From: Leucoraja ocellata
Taxonomy: Eukaryota
Length of the DNA stretch: 64,000 nt
Direction of reading: 5' to 3'
Assembly (NCBI GenBank): GCA_036785375.1
Contig: JAWMAR010000327.1
Location: 1,302,001 to 1,366,000 of the forward strand
The first letter of the stretch is position 1, and the number at the start of each line of letters is the position of its first letter. The position numbers were made by a program, and so were the translations under genes. Below, piece by piece: positions 12,081 to 27,362 of the stretch. Below the pieces are notes generated by a model. It was not told where the DNA came from. It saw only the letters and a list, made by a program, of their open reading frames with translations, and searched no databases.

Positions 12081-15000
12081 TTTAGTTTCAGTAACTCGTT
12101 GTCAGTGGTGTTCATTAATTAAAAAAAATTCAAATTGAAAGCAAAGTAATTTGTTGACATGAGACGTGACAATCTTTGAATAGATCAAATCATTATGATT
12201 CAGAAGGTGGGATGTGAAAGATAGTACTGCCAGATTCAAGTGGTTAGTACAATGTTAGAATAATGATTTACCTTCATTTCTAACCTAGAAATGTCTTTAG
12301 GTTGAATTTGCTCTTGAAATTGTAGTTTGTTCCCTAAAAAGCAAATCTATTTTTATTAAGTTGTAATGTTTGTTCTTTAATTTCCCAGTTGAATTAACTA
12401 GTAAGTTGATTTCTGAAGTGGAATGTAAGAAAGGGAGCCATCAATTGATACACGCCACTCTGTTGTCTCAAGTCGGAGGAATCAGTTGGAGTAATTCATA
12501 CCATCGGATTTCTCAATGAGTTTGAAACAAAGTTGGGCATGTTCATTAGAAGGTTTGTAGATGAGTTACTATTTATTCAGCAGTAGATTTCAAAACAGCC
12601 GTGCCTGAATTATATTTTCAAACTGAAGTCCATTCAAGTAGTTACAGTAATCTGAAAAATGCCATTCTTATTTAACCCAAGTTCATCACTATTTGGTACT
12701 CTCTGGAAAGAGTGAAAAGTAGTCTGGGAGATGCAAGCAGGAAGAGTGAGGTCACCTGATGATTCCAATATCTGGACCGAAAATGAAAATGGCATGGTAC
12801 TTTCAAACGGTGTTATCAGTTGGGATTATTGAAATGAAAGTTCATTTGACTCAATTATTTCTTAACCTCAGTGCTAGGATTGCTTTCAAACCCAGTAATC
12901 CCTCTCGGTTGCAACAGGGAACAAAGCCTTTGAGTTCTTTCTTCCTTTTACCCTAGTAAGGTACCTAGAAAAGAAGAAAATACAGTTTAAATTCTAAATA
13001 TAATTTACAAGAAAGGACATGTTTTCTCAACATGTGAAATGACAAATGCATTGCTTTTAGAAATATCCCATTTAATCATATTTCCTGATTTTGAGTTAAA
13101 ACAGTGTTGATATTGTAATACTGTGTTGATATTGTAATGATGCTTTATTTTTGCATTCAAAAAAGACCACCTTGTTTTCATTCTGAAATACAATATTTGC
13201 ATGCAGGTATATTACTCATCTTCCACCTGCCTGCAAGGGTCAGAGGAACGTTCTTGCAAGCCAATATTTTAATACCCCAAGACTAATGAATTATCTTATG
13301 AAATGTATTAGCAATAATAGGCAATATTCAAAATTTAATAAACTATGTGTGTTTCTTTACAGTTTTCTTTAAATTAAATTGTAGTTAAACCAGAGGAACA
13401 TAAGAATAGCAGATGTTTAGTTTGAGATTTAAATTGGAAAACACTGAGTTTGGAAATTGTAATATACACCACCTATAATAAATATGTATATTATTCCCGT
13501 GTTTACTGTTCTTTATATGTGCCAGACATTGTTAATATTGTTAGTTGGCAGAATAGATGAAGGATCCACTATCTTCGAAAAAATCCGAATAGTTCCATGT
13601 ATCATGGGCAGTAGAACCTTTAAGCCATAACAATATACGATAGCCTATAGGCCTATGCAAAATTTCAGAACTCAATTATTTGTATGAATATGAATTTAAA
13701 TAGCCATTTATGTCTCGCTATATGATGCGTCTACCGCAGTGTATTTACTTATAATGCATGCGCGATTGTTTGGTTCTGCAAAAATACTTTTTTCTCTGAA
13801 CGTATCTCCGAGCAGTATCATTATTACATTCTGTCGAAGTGCAATCGTTTTAACACATCCTATCACAATTCAAGACAGTTAATCCAAGCCGGGCTATCGC
13901 GTTAATATTAACATCGGTGCAATAACTGAACGTAGTTGATGAAATATAATTACACAATGCAATGAAAACAAACCTCAAAACCTATAAAGATGCATCACGG
14001 ATATATTTTGTTTTCCTATGCGATGTATTTGAACCCATTTCAGGTGTTTGTTTATTGGAGGGGAAATGGGACGGGAAGAACACGATGATCCAAAACTATG
14101 CCGTAAAAGTAAACAAAACCACTTGCTTTCTATGAATATTTACCTCCGAAATTAGTAACATGGGAGGTATTGTATTGTCACTAATGTGTAAAATCGCAAA
14201 AATAAAAAATAACTGAATGCCATCTAACTAGCCTTCCTGTATAATTGTAGGTTAGAAAATTGCGAAGTAACCCGGGCTCTAATGTCCATAAATGACGGTG
14301 GAACTTGATGGATATATTGAAGCAGATTGTAAGAATGTAATTATGAATTAACGACAGTGTGGTGTAATCCATATAGTCAGGATCACTTATTGGAAATTAT
14401 CAGATGCATTCACGAGGATCGGCATCTTATGTATGATCCGTCAACAATATTTAAAATGTATAAAATCATGCCACCTTCTTTAAGAATGTAACATAATGAT
14501 AGATATTGCCATACGTTCCCTCTTTGCCAACAAACTCGTCGGCCTGCCAATTATCGAGGTTACGAATGGTTGGAAATAAGTGTTCGATTGCAACAAACTC
14601 TTTGTAGCGATCAATAATGAAATGGCCCGGATTTTTAAAAATAAGAACAATTAAAAATGTTAAGTAAAAAGTTGAATGTACCTCTGATTGATTGACAGGT
14701 ACTACTAAATCACACGGTATATGTTTTAACCAGATCTTGCAGAAGCAGCTATCCCGTATGCATAAAAGTTGCTAACATTAACGTTGGTGCTTTTAACATA
14801 TATTTTAATAGGCGAAAGATTCACCTTTTAGATTCAACCTTTTTGGTGCGTGCACTCTTCGTGTTTGTGAGTTTATTCACTAGATCAGTGACAGCTCTTT
14901 ATTTGCATAATTATATGCTATAGACTGGAGTGAAAACTAACCTCCAAATTTCATGGGTCACCAAACTGCAACAATCAATGTTTTATCATGTATGCTAAGG

Positions 15001-15460
15001 AAAATCTAAGAAGCTATATAAAGTTTCTTAGGGATTTGTTTTTCTCTGTCTCTCGGAGGAAAAAAAGGATATTTGTGTCTCTTCAAGAGATGTAGAAACC
15101 TTTACATCGCTTCTAAGTAACTGAAATCTATTAGTCAGTAATAATAGAGATTAAAATGTACGTGGGGATTTCAGTCTTTTTAGTTTTACTTCAAAGTAGT
15201 TCCGTAAAACACGATCCATGTATAACAGCTAACGGTTTAAACTAGATCCACTCTTAGGTTATGGAAATTTCTTCGGAACAAAACTAATTTGATTAAGAAT
15301 TTAAATCCAGATATGCTTTACCTAAATGTTTATTGTAAATACATTGCACAATTCTAATATATACAAAATTCAGATTTGTTTTACTTAGTAGAGTTGAAAC
15401 AGCCATGCCTATTTGTTAATATCATTTAAGTGATGGTGAAATGGAAAAATATTAATTGAT

Positions 15461-15726
15461 ATAGAAACATAGAAAAATAGGTGCAGGAGAAGGCCATTCG
15501 GCCCTTCGAGCCAGCACCGCCATTCAATATGATCATGGCTGATCATCTAAAATCAGTACCCAGTTCCTGCTTTTTCCCCATATCCCTTGATTCCTTATGA
15601 GCTAAATCCACTAACTCTGTCTTAAAAACATGCAGTGAATTGGCCTCAACTGCCTTCGGTGGCAGAGAATTCCACAGATTCACAACTCTCTGGGTGAAGA
15701 AGTTTTTCCTCATCTCAGTCCTAAAT
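15461..15726 (-). mobile_element. CR1 LINE 3'-end fragment
   Basis: atagaaacatag tail, ggccattcggcccttcgagcc, ggcagagaattccacagattcacaactctctgggtgaagaagttttt (FFTQRVVNLWNSLP on minus strand); possible ATTGAT TSD at 15455 and 15727. Confidence 0.85.
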
Positions 15727-16202
15727 ATTGATCAATATGCTTTCATTTTTACATTGCATAATACCAATAAACAATCCATGAAGCAGTTCATTTAGAATTT
15801 TTCATTCCATCTTGGAAAGGTTGAATTAGGATTATGAAATATTTTTTAGATTTCGAAGTCGTGTTTTTAATGCTGTTTGTTTTGATAAATCGTGTATGAC
15901 TTGTAAAAACGTGCAGGCTCTTTATTTTTAATTAAAACAAACATTAATATTACAACTGTTAAAGAATAAAATGCATTATGAAATACTTTGAAGGAAGCGG
16001 CGTGTATCTCCTATATCGCACAATTGTCACTATCATCTAGAGCAAATAAAGCGTCGCGATTACACTTTCACTTGAGAAAGAGAGTATGGACGAGATTTCG
16101 CACACAACATAAAAGTTAGTTATTTTCATGATATATATTTTTATTGCAATCGATTCTTCAATAATAAGAGACTGCTCTCTTTTCCGTACCTATATAGCTG
16201 TG

Positions 16203-16283
16203 CCCCCCCCCCCCCCTCTCTCTATCTATCTATCTATCTCTGTATGTCTGTCCATCTGCCTATCTATCTATTTATATATGTAT
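16203..16283. repeat. Poly-C plus (TCTA)n-like microsatellite
   Basis: Directly visible. Confidence 0.85.
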
Positions 16284-17829
16284 ATCCCATGGATACAATT
16301 CTTAGTTATTAACGAACATTTGCAGAGTTTTTTTATCCACGTCAAATTGAACTCGAATGTTCCTGCCAACTTTCACTTTCTTGGTGACCACAGAAAAAAA
16401 ATGGACAAATAATTGCTTCTCGGTTTGAATAACATCTCGTGTCAGGTTTCCTTTCGGAAGCTCGTGATCAAATTTATAGCAGTTGATCATGGATGTTCTT
16501 TCTATTAGAGTCTGGTCTATTAAGGTCGATTTATGGTGTTTTCAAAAGTGTTATTCGTGTTGTATCTGCAAGTACTACTCCACCAGGCTATCAATGCGTG
16601 GGTTCATAATAAAACCACAGTTCCCAAACTTTAACACATTTGATAATGTTTATACACGCCCAACCTATTCAAATAATAATCGTTTATTATTTATTATCTT
16701 AATTGTCTTATTTATTTATTAATTGAACCGTGTGAAATAAACGTTTACATGAACAAAGTGGACAGGATGGTTGCACAATGTTGGACAATTTTCCAGTAAC
16801 GAAAGATTTTGAGAAACCACAATTGAGCAAAGTGCCACAATCTCTTTAACTATAGGGCATTAGTTGATTATAAAATGTTCCGGTACAGGTAGATTCATAA
16901 TAAGGTGGAAGGTCATTTATTTAGGGCTGATGCTTCCTGGAGGTCTTATCTCCTTTCTCAATATCACCGTAGTCCGTTTTTCATGGAACTCAGGTGTTTG
17001 CCGCAGCCATACCCGACTGCACTCCAGAGTTGGTCATTAGATCCACCGTCACCTCGCTTCCATCTCCTGCAGTTTTGCTCTCACCTGAGTGGGAAGGTTT
17101 TTGTCTCAGTTCCAGAATTATGACATATCCGCGGATTTTCTACCTAGTTAATGTCCACTGGCTGTATTTCTGATCGGTTTTAACCCCATACTGATGGCAG
17201 AGAAAAAAGTTTCCTAAAGGTTTTGATGTGCGTTAAATGAATTTTCTTCACGCTATACTGAAGGAGACTGAAATGTCAACCGCGCTATAGAACCATAGAT
17301 ACAAAAGATAATTGGGTGACCAATAGCCTAACCTAATTTTCTCAATAAATTGAACTGAAATAAGTTCCATTCAGTCACATGCATACGGAATTTCAAACCA
17401 AACGCTTAGTTAATGTTAAAGTGATTTGATTTAGTGGAATACTAAGAGACTCTGCTGTTAACCCAACTACTGTCTCTGAAATAGTTTTGTTATATATCAT
17501 CTGCACATCAATTTCCTACGGACTACTAGGTATGAACGTTCTAAACAGAATTAGATAAATACACATCGTGTGCCTATTCACACGCGTGTCCGAATAAAAC
17601 ATCAGTTAAAATGTCCACGAGTCCATCACATTTTGATGTACAGGTGCCGCTGCCTTTAAACAAAAACTCATTTTAAAATGATTTTAATGGTTTTAACAGT
17701 TCCCTTTTTCTTTTCGAAAGACTCAACTTTTGCAGAATATTCTTTTGCGTTTGTAACGAGAGAAGGTTCTCAGGCAAAAACAAAATAAAACAATGCGGAT
17801 TGAGAGCTCAGTAAGGTTCATTTCCCACC

Positions 17830-17891
17830 TCGTGTGCCTCCTGGTCCAAGAGCCGTATTATCGTGTGCCTCCTGGTCCAAGAGTAGTATTA
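17830..17891. repeat. Tandem duplication, 2 x 31 bp
   Basis: TCGTGTGCCTCCTGGTCCAAGAG(CC/TA)GTATTA repeated twice. Confidence 0.9.
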
Positions 17892-19236
17892 TCAATCAAT
17901 TCAACATATTTTACAAAGTGAAATTATTGTAAAACAGCATTTATTGTAAAACAAATAAATATTTTAATTAAACACCAGACTTCTTTTTATTCACCGCTCT
18001 ATTTGTCACTCTGTTTTAAAACTGTATTTTATCGCTAACAAGACAGTGAAGTTTCGCTACATTCCGCGCACTTGTTACAATCTCTGCATTGCTAAACCAC
18101 TATTATATATTGATTGTTTTTTATTATTTGCTGATATGTCACATCATACTGTATGCAAAATATATCGATGGCAAACTTGAGTTATAGGTATGTATCCATA
18201 TAGCGTGTATAAACGCATCTAAGTGTGTGGATCGTAACTAAAATGATTTAAACATATATAAGAGCGGGTTCCATTTCCATTATCATTCTTCTTTACATTT
18301 TCTGTTCAAAGAAGGTTCAAGTTTATCCATTTTCTAGAGTAAGGGATGAATGCGTAGAACGTACTATTTGTTCCATTAGATTACATTGTTTGTTGGTTTA
18401 CATGTTTCACACGTAAAATAACTTAAGAAACGTGTATTTTCTCAACAGTAAATAGAATAGAATCACAAACTCTGGCTAGAGTCATATATTATACTGTACG
18501 TTAACTCATAGCAATCAAAATGTTTTCATTATCTTTTAACGCGCTAAACTATTAGATGTTAGAGTCGATAATAAATTGTATTCAATAAAAACTGACGAAA
18601 AACTTTTCTCTGAAAGGAAGATTAAAATAAAAGATCATAAAAAAATCTCGAGAACACTGTTTTATCATAGTACAAATAAATCACGTCTCAAGCAGATAGT
18701 TTTTAGGTTAAAAGGACATTGAACTATATCCTTCACAGAAACTTATTGAACATGCCGCCAGCTTTCTAAAATAGAACACTTCAGCGGTATTAGCGATTAG
18801 AAACAGTAAGGACTGGAGACCTATGTGCCATTTACTTATTTATAAGGAGATTGCCCACACTTCAATTTATGTTGAAAACGAGAAAAAGAGTCAAATGCTG
18901 TATATTTCCTGCGATATCACGTACGAAATGCCCAGCGATAGCACCATGGACAGCGCATTGTAGCTCTCATACATTTGCCAAGTTTCCACAGATCTCTCGT
19001 CCGAATAAGTTTGGTAAAAATGTCAGGCTTTATAATCATGTTCTTGAGGTGCGACAGAAGCAAAACACATTTTCCTCTTCCCAAAGTTTCTATATAAACC
19101 CCCTTATCTATTTCAACTCAAGTTTTATCCAAAGCAGATAATGTGTCCTACAATTTAAAGTACGTCTCTTCCTCTCTATCAATATATATATACATATATA
19201 TATATACATTGAGAGAGGAAGAGACTGATTATATAT

Positions 19237-19588
19237 NNNNNNNNNNNNNNNNNNNNNNNNNNNNNNNNNNNNNNNNNNNNNNNNNNNNNNNNNNNNNNNN
19301 NNNNNNNNNNNNNNNNNNNNNNNNNNNNNNNNNNNNNNNNNNNNNNNNNNNNNNNNNNNNNNNNNNNNNNNNNNNNNNNNNNNNNNNNNNNNNNNNNNNN
19401 NNNNNNNNNNNNNNNNNNNNNNNNNNNNNNNNNNNNNNNNNNNNNNNNNNNNNNNNNNNNNNNNNNNNNNNNNNNNNNNNNNNNNNNNNNNNNNNNNNNN
19501 NNNNNNNNNNNNNNNNNNNNNNNNNNNNNNNNNNNNNNNNNNNNNNNNNNNNNNNNNNNNNNNNNNNNNNNNNNNNNNNNNNNNNNNN
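19237..19588. other. Assembly gap (N run)
   Basis: N characters next to an (AT)n repeat. Confidence 1.
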
Positions 19589-22500
19589 TGTTACATTTTT
19601 ACCTTTGCTTGGTTTACTTATTTTTAGCAGTTTAATCCAATCGTATCCTGAATTTTAACATGCAGAGTCGCTCTCTTGTTTGTTTATTTAGTATTTTCCA
19701 GTCTGTTGTATTTTACTATTTAAGGCTGGAAAAGTGCGGTGAACATTTCTGTCTGATATTATAGTTTGTTGGATATTCAACCTTCACTGCATTTCTCAAA
19801 AGGTTTCTGCCAAGCGTTTTGTGGTTGATTGCAATGTAATGTAAACAGACTTTTAAATGAAAATAAATGCATAAATTTTAAAAATGTACTGCATTTTGTT
19901 ATTAACTAAAAAGGTGGGGGGAAAAGAAAACTTTGGTGTCGTTCAGTTTACTTCGTGCAGTAATGGAGTGTCTCTTGAATTACACCTGGAATTTGTGAGC
20001 GAGTTTGCTTTTGGGAAGGAGCTGTTTGATGGGAGTTACAGCCTTCTGACAGCTTGTTAATTAAAGCCCCCTGGAGATGAGCCTCTGGAGCCACCGTCCA
20101 TATCAAGACAGTACTAAATATCCAGATTCTGACAGCAACCCAGCAAGATTCAAAAGTAAAACAAGCATATTTTCTCAAGTGCTTAATCTATCCTTCCTTT
20201 CTTGTCTCTCCGCCTGAGCAACAATTCCAGCAGGCTCGCTCAACCAATGCAAATGTATTTAATGCCTAAAATGTTAAAACAAAGTGCAAACAGCAATATT
20301 CAAAGTTTCTCCTCTCTTCCCTTTCTTTAAAGAACACATATGCATACTGTGTTCAGTCAGAATTTCCATTCAAATTTGTGAGAGCACGTTGCTTTGCAAA
20401 AATTGGAAATATTCATTCATATCAATTTTAAAACGATGCCAAACGCTCTGGTACAATGAATAACTTTGTCCCTCAAATCGCTATATGAAATATAACTATA
20501 TATAATATATTGACCTGTTGAATTGCACGTGGTTAATCATTTCAAAAAAATTGTTTCAGCTTAATAAAGTGTTTAAACATTTACACAGTGCTCCGAAACT
20601 AATAACCGGCGCCACAATAGAAAATTATTATTCCACAATATTCATAAAATGTCCACTACCTTAGATAATTTGAACACGCATTTGTTTATCTATTTTAACT
20701 TTACAGATATTACTCCGTGCCTGATTTTTTGCGCAATGGACAGCCATTTCAAATGGCAGACATTCCTTCTTCTATTAGTTTCATATCTCCCTTCACAACT
20801 CGAGCTGGAGACAACCTTGTCATGTGTCCAGCGAACCTGCTTCGACCCCTTTCACCTGGCCACGTTTTCTCTTGCAACCCTTCAAAGTCATCTCTAAATG
20901 ATTCTTATTCTGTGTAGATCATTTGTCAACGTCAAAAATAGACTTGCTTCTATTTATTGAAAGAAAACTGTGATCCTATACAGGGAAAACCTTCCATGGA
21001 AATCAATATCATATCCAAAATATTTACCAACCATATGAACCGCTTTCAAAAGTGTTGAATATGCGAAAGCCAATACTATTTTCATCGATTGCGATCGGGA
21101 GAATTGAAAATCTCACCTCAACATCTATGCAAGAATAACCTCTAAATACATTATTCAACTCGAATTAATTTAAAGCATTTAAATGAAACAAAGGTTCAGC
21201 TTATTTCTGCGTCAAAAATATTCGTTCGGTAAAACGCACAACAAATAGGACAAGATAGGTTGAAACGGGGACGGCATGTTATCGTTTGATAATCCCGTTA
21301 CATAACATTTATTTCTGGTCTTTGGCGTGAGTAATGACAATGGGGCAAGCTGGGCTCTAATAAGTGATAACATCAATCTTAAGATGTTACCATTTGATCT
21401 CAGACGCAAAACTCAAACGCGAATTGGAAATAAATTTGTGCCCATTAAACAGGAAATACTGATATTAGACTTCCTAATGACATTCAGAGCATTTTAATTT
21501 TCACAACTTAATTTTACACCTAACATTAAAACCTTGCACGATTCCAGAACTGAAAACAATGTTATGACCAGAACTGAAAACAAACGGCGTTAAATGGAGG
21601 AATATAAAGAGTCTGGTGATAAACATTCGTTAACTGTTTTGATTTTTTGTTTCATTTAAATTAGTACTTCGATTTTCCAAATATAGTATAAATTAAAAAT
21701 AATGTCTTCAAAATTTTATTCCAGCTCCATTCAGATGCAATTCCTTATAAACTCTCCCAGCCCTATTTTCTTTGATTTGTTCACATAATCGATATGTTTG
21801 ACTTTGAACTGATCAAACCACTTTGCTTTGAGTCAGAACATTGAATTCGCTGTTTAAAGCCCAGGACAGCCGACATGTTTTAAAATAATTTCGCGTTGGG
21901 GATTGAGGGGCAAAGAACAACGGTTACAATTTTCTTTCTTTTTTTTTAATTTAATAAATTACGAAAATAATGTGGATATTAACGATGTTAACGGCGTTTG
22001 GGCGCTGGCAAGACAAATAAGGGAAAACGTCATTCAGTCTCACTTCGGACTAAACACCTATATTAGATTAATAAACCTCAAATATTTTATGTTAATATTA
22101 ATCAAACTCTTTGAAATATATCAATTTTATAGCTGACAATAACTTTAACCCTCGATGTTTTTAACGGGACATTTAATCATTCAATAAATCAAATTGACGT
22201 TGTGTTTACTTTCTCGCCCTATAGTTGCTGGTTGCTGTGGGAGTGCAGGTGTGTCGCGGCCGAATTCTAGTCCCAATACCCCGGCGCTTGTGTTATGGGC
22301 CGGCCTGCGCTCTGCGGTGGGTTTCATTGCCACCTAGTTACAATGCAGCTGCTGTCGCGCTCTCCACCGATTTCTCTTTTCAAGCCAACTAACAAGATGT
22401 AAATATAAAACTCGGAATAAAATGTAAAATGGTGATTAAAGAGGAATAAAATTAATATTAATGTACCTGAATGCATTTCGTCAGTTCGCTGTTTGAAAGA

Positions 22501-25500
22501 CAGTCTGACATGATTGCTAAAATAACTGGCCATACCTTTTGGATTTAAACAGCGTTTGACAAATTGATGCAATTATTCCGCACAAAATACCTATCTATAT
22601 TATCAAGCATATTGAAACAGATTGATTATATACTTTGAAACTTAGATTGATTGTAAATTCATTGAAACAATTTAAAACGCCCCTTCCGCCTCGTCTCATT
22701 TTAAAACGCTATCATAGTAACTCTGAAATGGTGTGAATTATAGCTGATTTATAACTAACATTCGTGTTTTTAAATGTTTTATTATTTTATATTAATACTA
22801 TAAGATTAATTCTGCTCATACAGCAAGTGACAACTGCAGTCCGGTAAAGAGTACATAGAGATTCGGCCTCGCTAATGTGGGTGAAAGTTGATTGCCACGG
22901 CATTGAACGTGGTTTGCTATTACTTAGAACCGAAACTCGTTATTATTAATTCGCTTGTTCCTCTTGTGCAGGGTTCAAGGGAACATCTAACGCGGAAAGA
23001 CTAATTCTGCGATCTTTAGTCAAAGCTTCATTTGATATTGCAAATCGAATTTTTCTGCCAGATCGATAAATACAATTAGTTGCTGCAACCCCCTTGGCAA
23101 ATTATTTTTTTAAAGCAAATCTGATGCATTTCTGCATGGAAATCTACCTCCGTGTTTATTAGATGCAAGGGGAAAAGTACTTGTCACTTCATTGGTTAAC
23201 GTTGGCTGACAAACGTCAAAGAAGTTCCGTTCTTATTAGAAATATACCGAGTTCATGGTTAAAATCTCAATAATTAACCTCCTCGATCTCAAACGGGACG
23301 TGACCACTGTGTTGCTGCTCAAAAAGTCACAGGTTGCTGAGGATTTTGTATGTAAAGTTGAAAGATACAATATTTGATTGGCGAACATAATTTATTATAG
23401 AGATTCAAAAAAGTTTCACTCTTCCAGCATTTCACATTCATGATGTAAAATGTACCACATGCCAGTACATTTATTGTTCAGGATAGTTTTGACTGTTGTA
23501 ACTCAGATATGGCAATAAACTCCGAAGTGCCTACAGCTACAGCTGTTTTTAGTGTGAAATCTAATTTAGCGAAACAATTATTGAGCAATATCTGCTGTGA
23601 TCTACATCGACTGTGGAGGTGGTGGGGAACGGGGGGCGGAGGATCAAACGGAATATAACCAACCGGAAAGTGGGATTGTACTGAAAATCGAAAACACCTG
23701 GACAGCTGTGTATGTGCGTGAATGTGTTTAAAATAAATCTTACAGGGAAACAGTTTAAAACAATGTTTTCAACGTCTTCCGGTTCTTATTCGGTTCTCGA
23801 AATTGCGCGCCACCTAGCCTACAAAATATGAAACTACACAGCAGCACCAGACACGCTGTCTTCAACACATGAGGAGGAAAGAGTCCCCGAAGATCACAAC
23901 ACTGCATAGACAGTGCACCAACCATGTAAATGGTGAATGGAAATAAATGGAAATAAATCATTGCGATACTTGTGGAAAATATCAACTGGTTGCAATCGTT
24001 TAACTAAATTAATTCGCAAAGTCAATCAAGCTATGTACCAAACGCATTTGGGCTGAGTTTGTCAATGTTTAAATCTATTCATTTATCTAACAGGTTATTT
24101 TGTTTCATGAATATATGCAGTAAATGGCAAACTATGCACAACTATCTAAATTAATATGCTGCCTTTGATTGGTAAATTTAATTACGAATCTTCAATTTTA
24201 AAGCACAAGATATATATAGATGGTCGTATATATACAAAAAGCTTAACAGACCAATGTTATAATCAAGAGGCTTAAAGGGTGCTTAATCCACATTCGTGAA
24301 TTTATTTAAAAAAAGTCATAAATCGTGCAAATAGATTATATTATATTACATCGTGACATAGATTACACGTCGGTTTTAACGTCCGTGCCAATTAATCAGG
24401 TAAAATAATAACATATTTATTAGATTAATAATATTAATTCAGTTATCCTTCAGCTATAATTTTGCTCACACCAATGGACAAATAACATGCACCCACGTCG
24501 GCAAATCCAACTCGAAGCTGGGTTTCCATGAAGCAAGAGAGCCCACAATTGTTTATTTGTCAACTGTTTCAGTAAAATAGCACAAGCAAGCTCAGAAAAA
24601 TGACATTTTAAGTATTTATTTGCTTATCTAAAACATTTAAATTGAGTAAATTATTTCCAAATATCATAGTTACTAGCCCATGCTACAACATACAATGCAT
24701 CTTCGATACTTATTGCAATGCTGGTTCATAAAAACCCACAGTCCTGGGATGAGATGACCTATTGTAGTTTTGTGACACGCAATATACTTTATTGAAATAA
24801 AATAAAATAAAATAAAAAGAATGGTCCTGCCAATTTCCTGTACTTTAATGTACGAAGAGTCTTCTACGGATAAAGTTTTCTAATGATAAGATAATGCTAA
24901 ACGGTTAGATTTCTATAACTGCAAGGCAAAAAAGAATCGTGTATAAGAACGGGAGCGATTGCACTAAATAACTCAACCGTTTCTGAAACATTGTAAATGA
25001 TTCCTGGTCTTGCTCTCAAAAACATTATCATTATTTCACCTTGATGCTGTTAGTGAACAGTGCTATAACTTCTATAACGGATTATCCATCAAAGGAAGCC
25101 CCTACTCGGTTTCGTGCTAGACTGCGCTGCAATGGTTTATTATAACTATTTTGAGTTTATTTTTAAGAAGTTGTAATTTTAGGCCACGGGAACAACGAAT
25201 TTCCACATGGGTTCAATGATCTGTTCCTGCCAGTCGCAATAATATTCCACCAAACGTCGCTCAGTAGTTCATTTGAATTAAATTGGCCATTGGACTACGG
25301 CAGGAAAGCGTGCGCGGATTCTTATCTAGCAGATATGAAAGAGAAAAGGGGGCGATGAAACAAAGAAACGAAAAGGAAAATTTGAAATAAGCAAGACTAG
25401 CTGCCAAAAGCTTCTTCGGGGATTGTTAGTCACTGTTCATCATTCCTAATGCGATTATTCTTGTTATCGCATTCGAAGTATTTAACCAAGGGGAGGCACA

Positions 25501-27299
25501 TTCATTCTGTTATTAATTTGGTTAGATATCAATGGTAAATCCCATCTATGAATCCAATAAAAGCAAATCCTATAGAGTACGTTTTAAGTAAGTAATCACT
25601 TATATTCCCCTTCTCAAAAGCTACAGCGCAGGGGGTGAGGTGTTCAATGTGTACACTGACCAGAATGTTGATCAAATTGTTGTAAACTGACAATATATTT
25701 CACCAAAAACATTAGTTTTTATAAAGCCCTCACTAAATTAGAATTCCCGTTTTAATTTTCGATTAGCCGTAGATTGCATAATGGGTTCACGGTTGACAGA
25801 AAATGCAATAACATTACAACTGTACACTAGATATCTTTTTTATATAACAGTGAATGTAGAGTGTGGATTAACATCGATTTATTGCATTAAGAAGCAAAGA
25901 GCATAGAAGCCAACGGCGTTCATCAGGACGTCAGCAAATATTCCTCTAATGATCAGGTGGCAGTCGAGCTGCCATTACGTTTTGTTCACGGTTATGCACC
26001 AATTGTTTGATTCTCCTCCAGTTGTACTGGTGTTGGAAATATTGTTGCTGAGTGAGTGAAGAATGGTATCGAGAAAGATTAGGCAAAATAAGTTAGATCA
26101 ATTGTAAATAATATAAAGAGGATGGATGCTTAACGCCTGTCGAAATGTTCTTTTTAGTAAAGGAGTGTTAATTCCATGCTGCCGGCGCAGTAATATTTGC
26201 CATTCCATATTAGGCAATCTGTAAATTAAATATTCAGCAGGAGATGAATAAAAAATATTGTCTGAATTGAAGGTGCATGCCTCAGCTGTACAGTCGTGCG
26301 GTGTATAATTGCATACGGTTGGGGAGAATGCATTGTGACACCACGCCTTACCTTCACACTGTCTATATATCAAACGTCCCCACTTGCCACATCTACATGG
26401 TGCTGAACGCATGGGATTTCAAACTTACTTTGATGTGCTTTCAGAATACTGAACTTCACCTGAATGTTTAGCTCCCCCTCCTCCTCTTGTTCCTTATTAA
26501 AGCCACCTTATTCCTTCTGTCCACAGATAGCTATTTAAACTGTCCTTTGTCCTTCGGTGTGCTGTCTTTATAATGTTATGGAAAGCGTGAGTTAAATTTT
26601 CACAGAGTAATCACGTGCAAAGTTCGAGGGACGTTAATGTATAATCGGAAGAGCAACAATTTGTAAACCGAATGCTAGTGAGTGGATGAATAGGAAGGAA
26701 TAATCACTGGACGTCAGATTTTCTTTTTCTCGTCCACCACGGAGAGAATATTTGAAATATGTGCAGCATTTGAATCGTTAGATGAAGACTACACGGAAGT
26801 ATGGTCCTGAAGTTAAATAACCGCGATAATACAAAGGCTGGTTAAACTGTGAAAGAAACTTTCCTATGAACTTTAGTTGGAGAGAATTTTCGTAGCTCCC
26901 CTTTCCTTTGTACTTAAGTCTCCCTTTCAGAAAGTGAGTATTCACAAAGACGTCTCTAAATAGTGCCTTGAAAGGTGTTCACATGAGGACACTGTCTCCT
27001 TTCTAGTAAAAGAGAGCGAAGATCTGACAGGTTTTGTTGTCAGTAGTATAGTGAGAGCTTTGTAAGATATTCGTTTTTCTTTCTCCAAATGCTCCAACTT
27101 AATAAAGACCCCCTGTCTTAAAGCGTGCATGCCCCCGCTGTCCCTGTCCACCCCGCGTCCAGCCTGTCCCTAAATTCCCCACGTGATGTCTGCTAACATC
27201 ATTTTAATGATTTTGTCAACATACACAGAATTAATTTTCATAAAAATGAAAATGTAAAACGGCCAACGTCCAATGCGAGTATGTTCCTACCCCCGCCCC

Positions 27300-27311
27300 C
27301 ACACCCACACA

Positions 27312-27360
<49 letters not shown>
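27300..27360. repeat. (CA)n microsatellite
   Basis: Directly visible. Confidence 0.95.

Positions 27361-27362
<2 letters not shown>

Noticed and set aside
16905-17123. 72-aa ORF in a GC-richer patch
   Set aside because: Non-AUG start and no recognisable homology; origin unresolved
17830-17891. 31-bp repeat as a CRISPR-like array
   Set aside because: Two adjacent units with no spacer in eukaryotic DNA; a simple tandem duplication
19143-19658. ORFs spanning N runs (also at 43763-43963 and 58713-59003)
   Set aside because: Artefacts of assembly gaps
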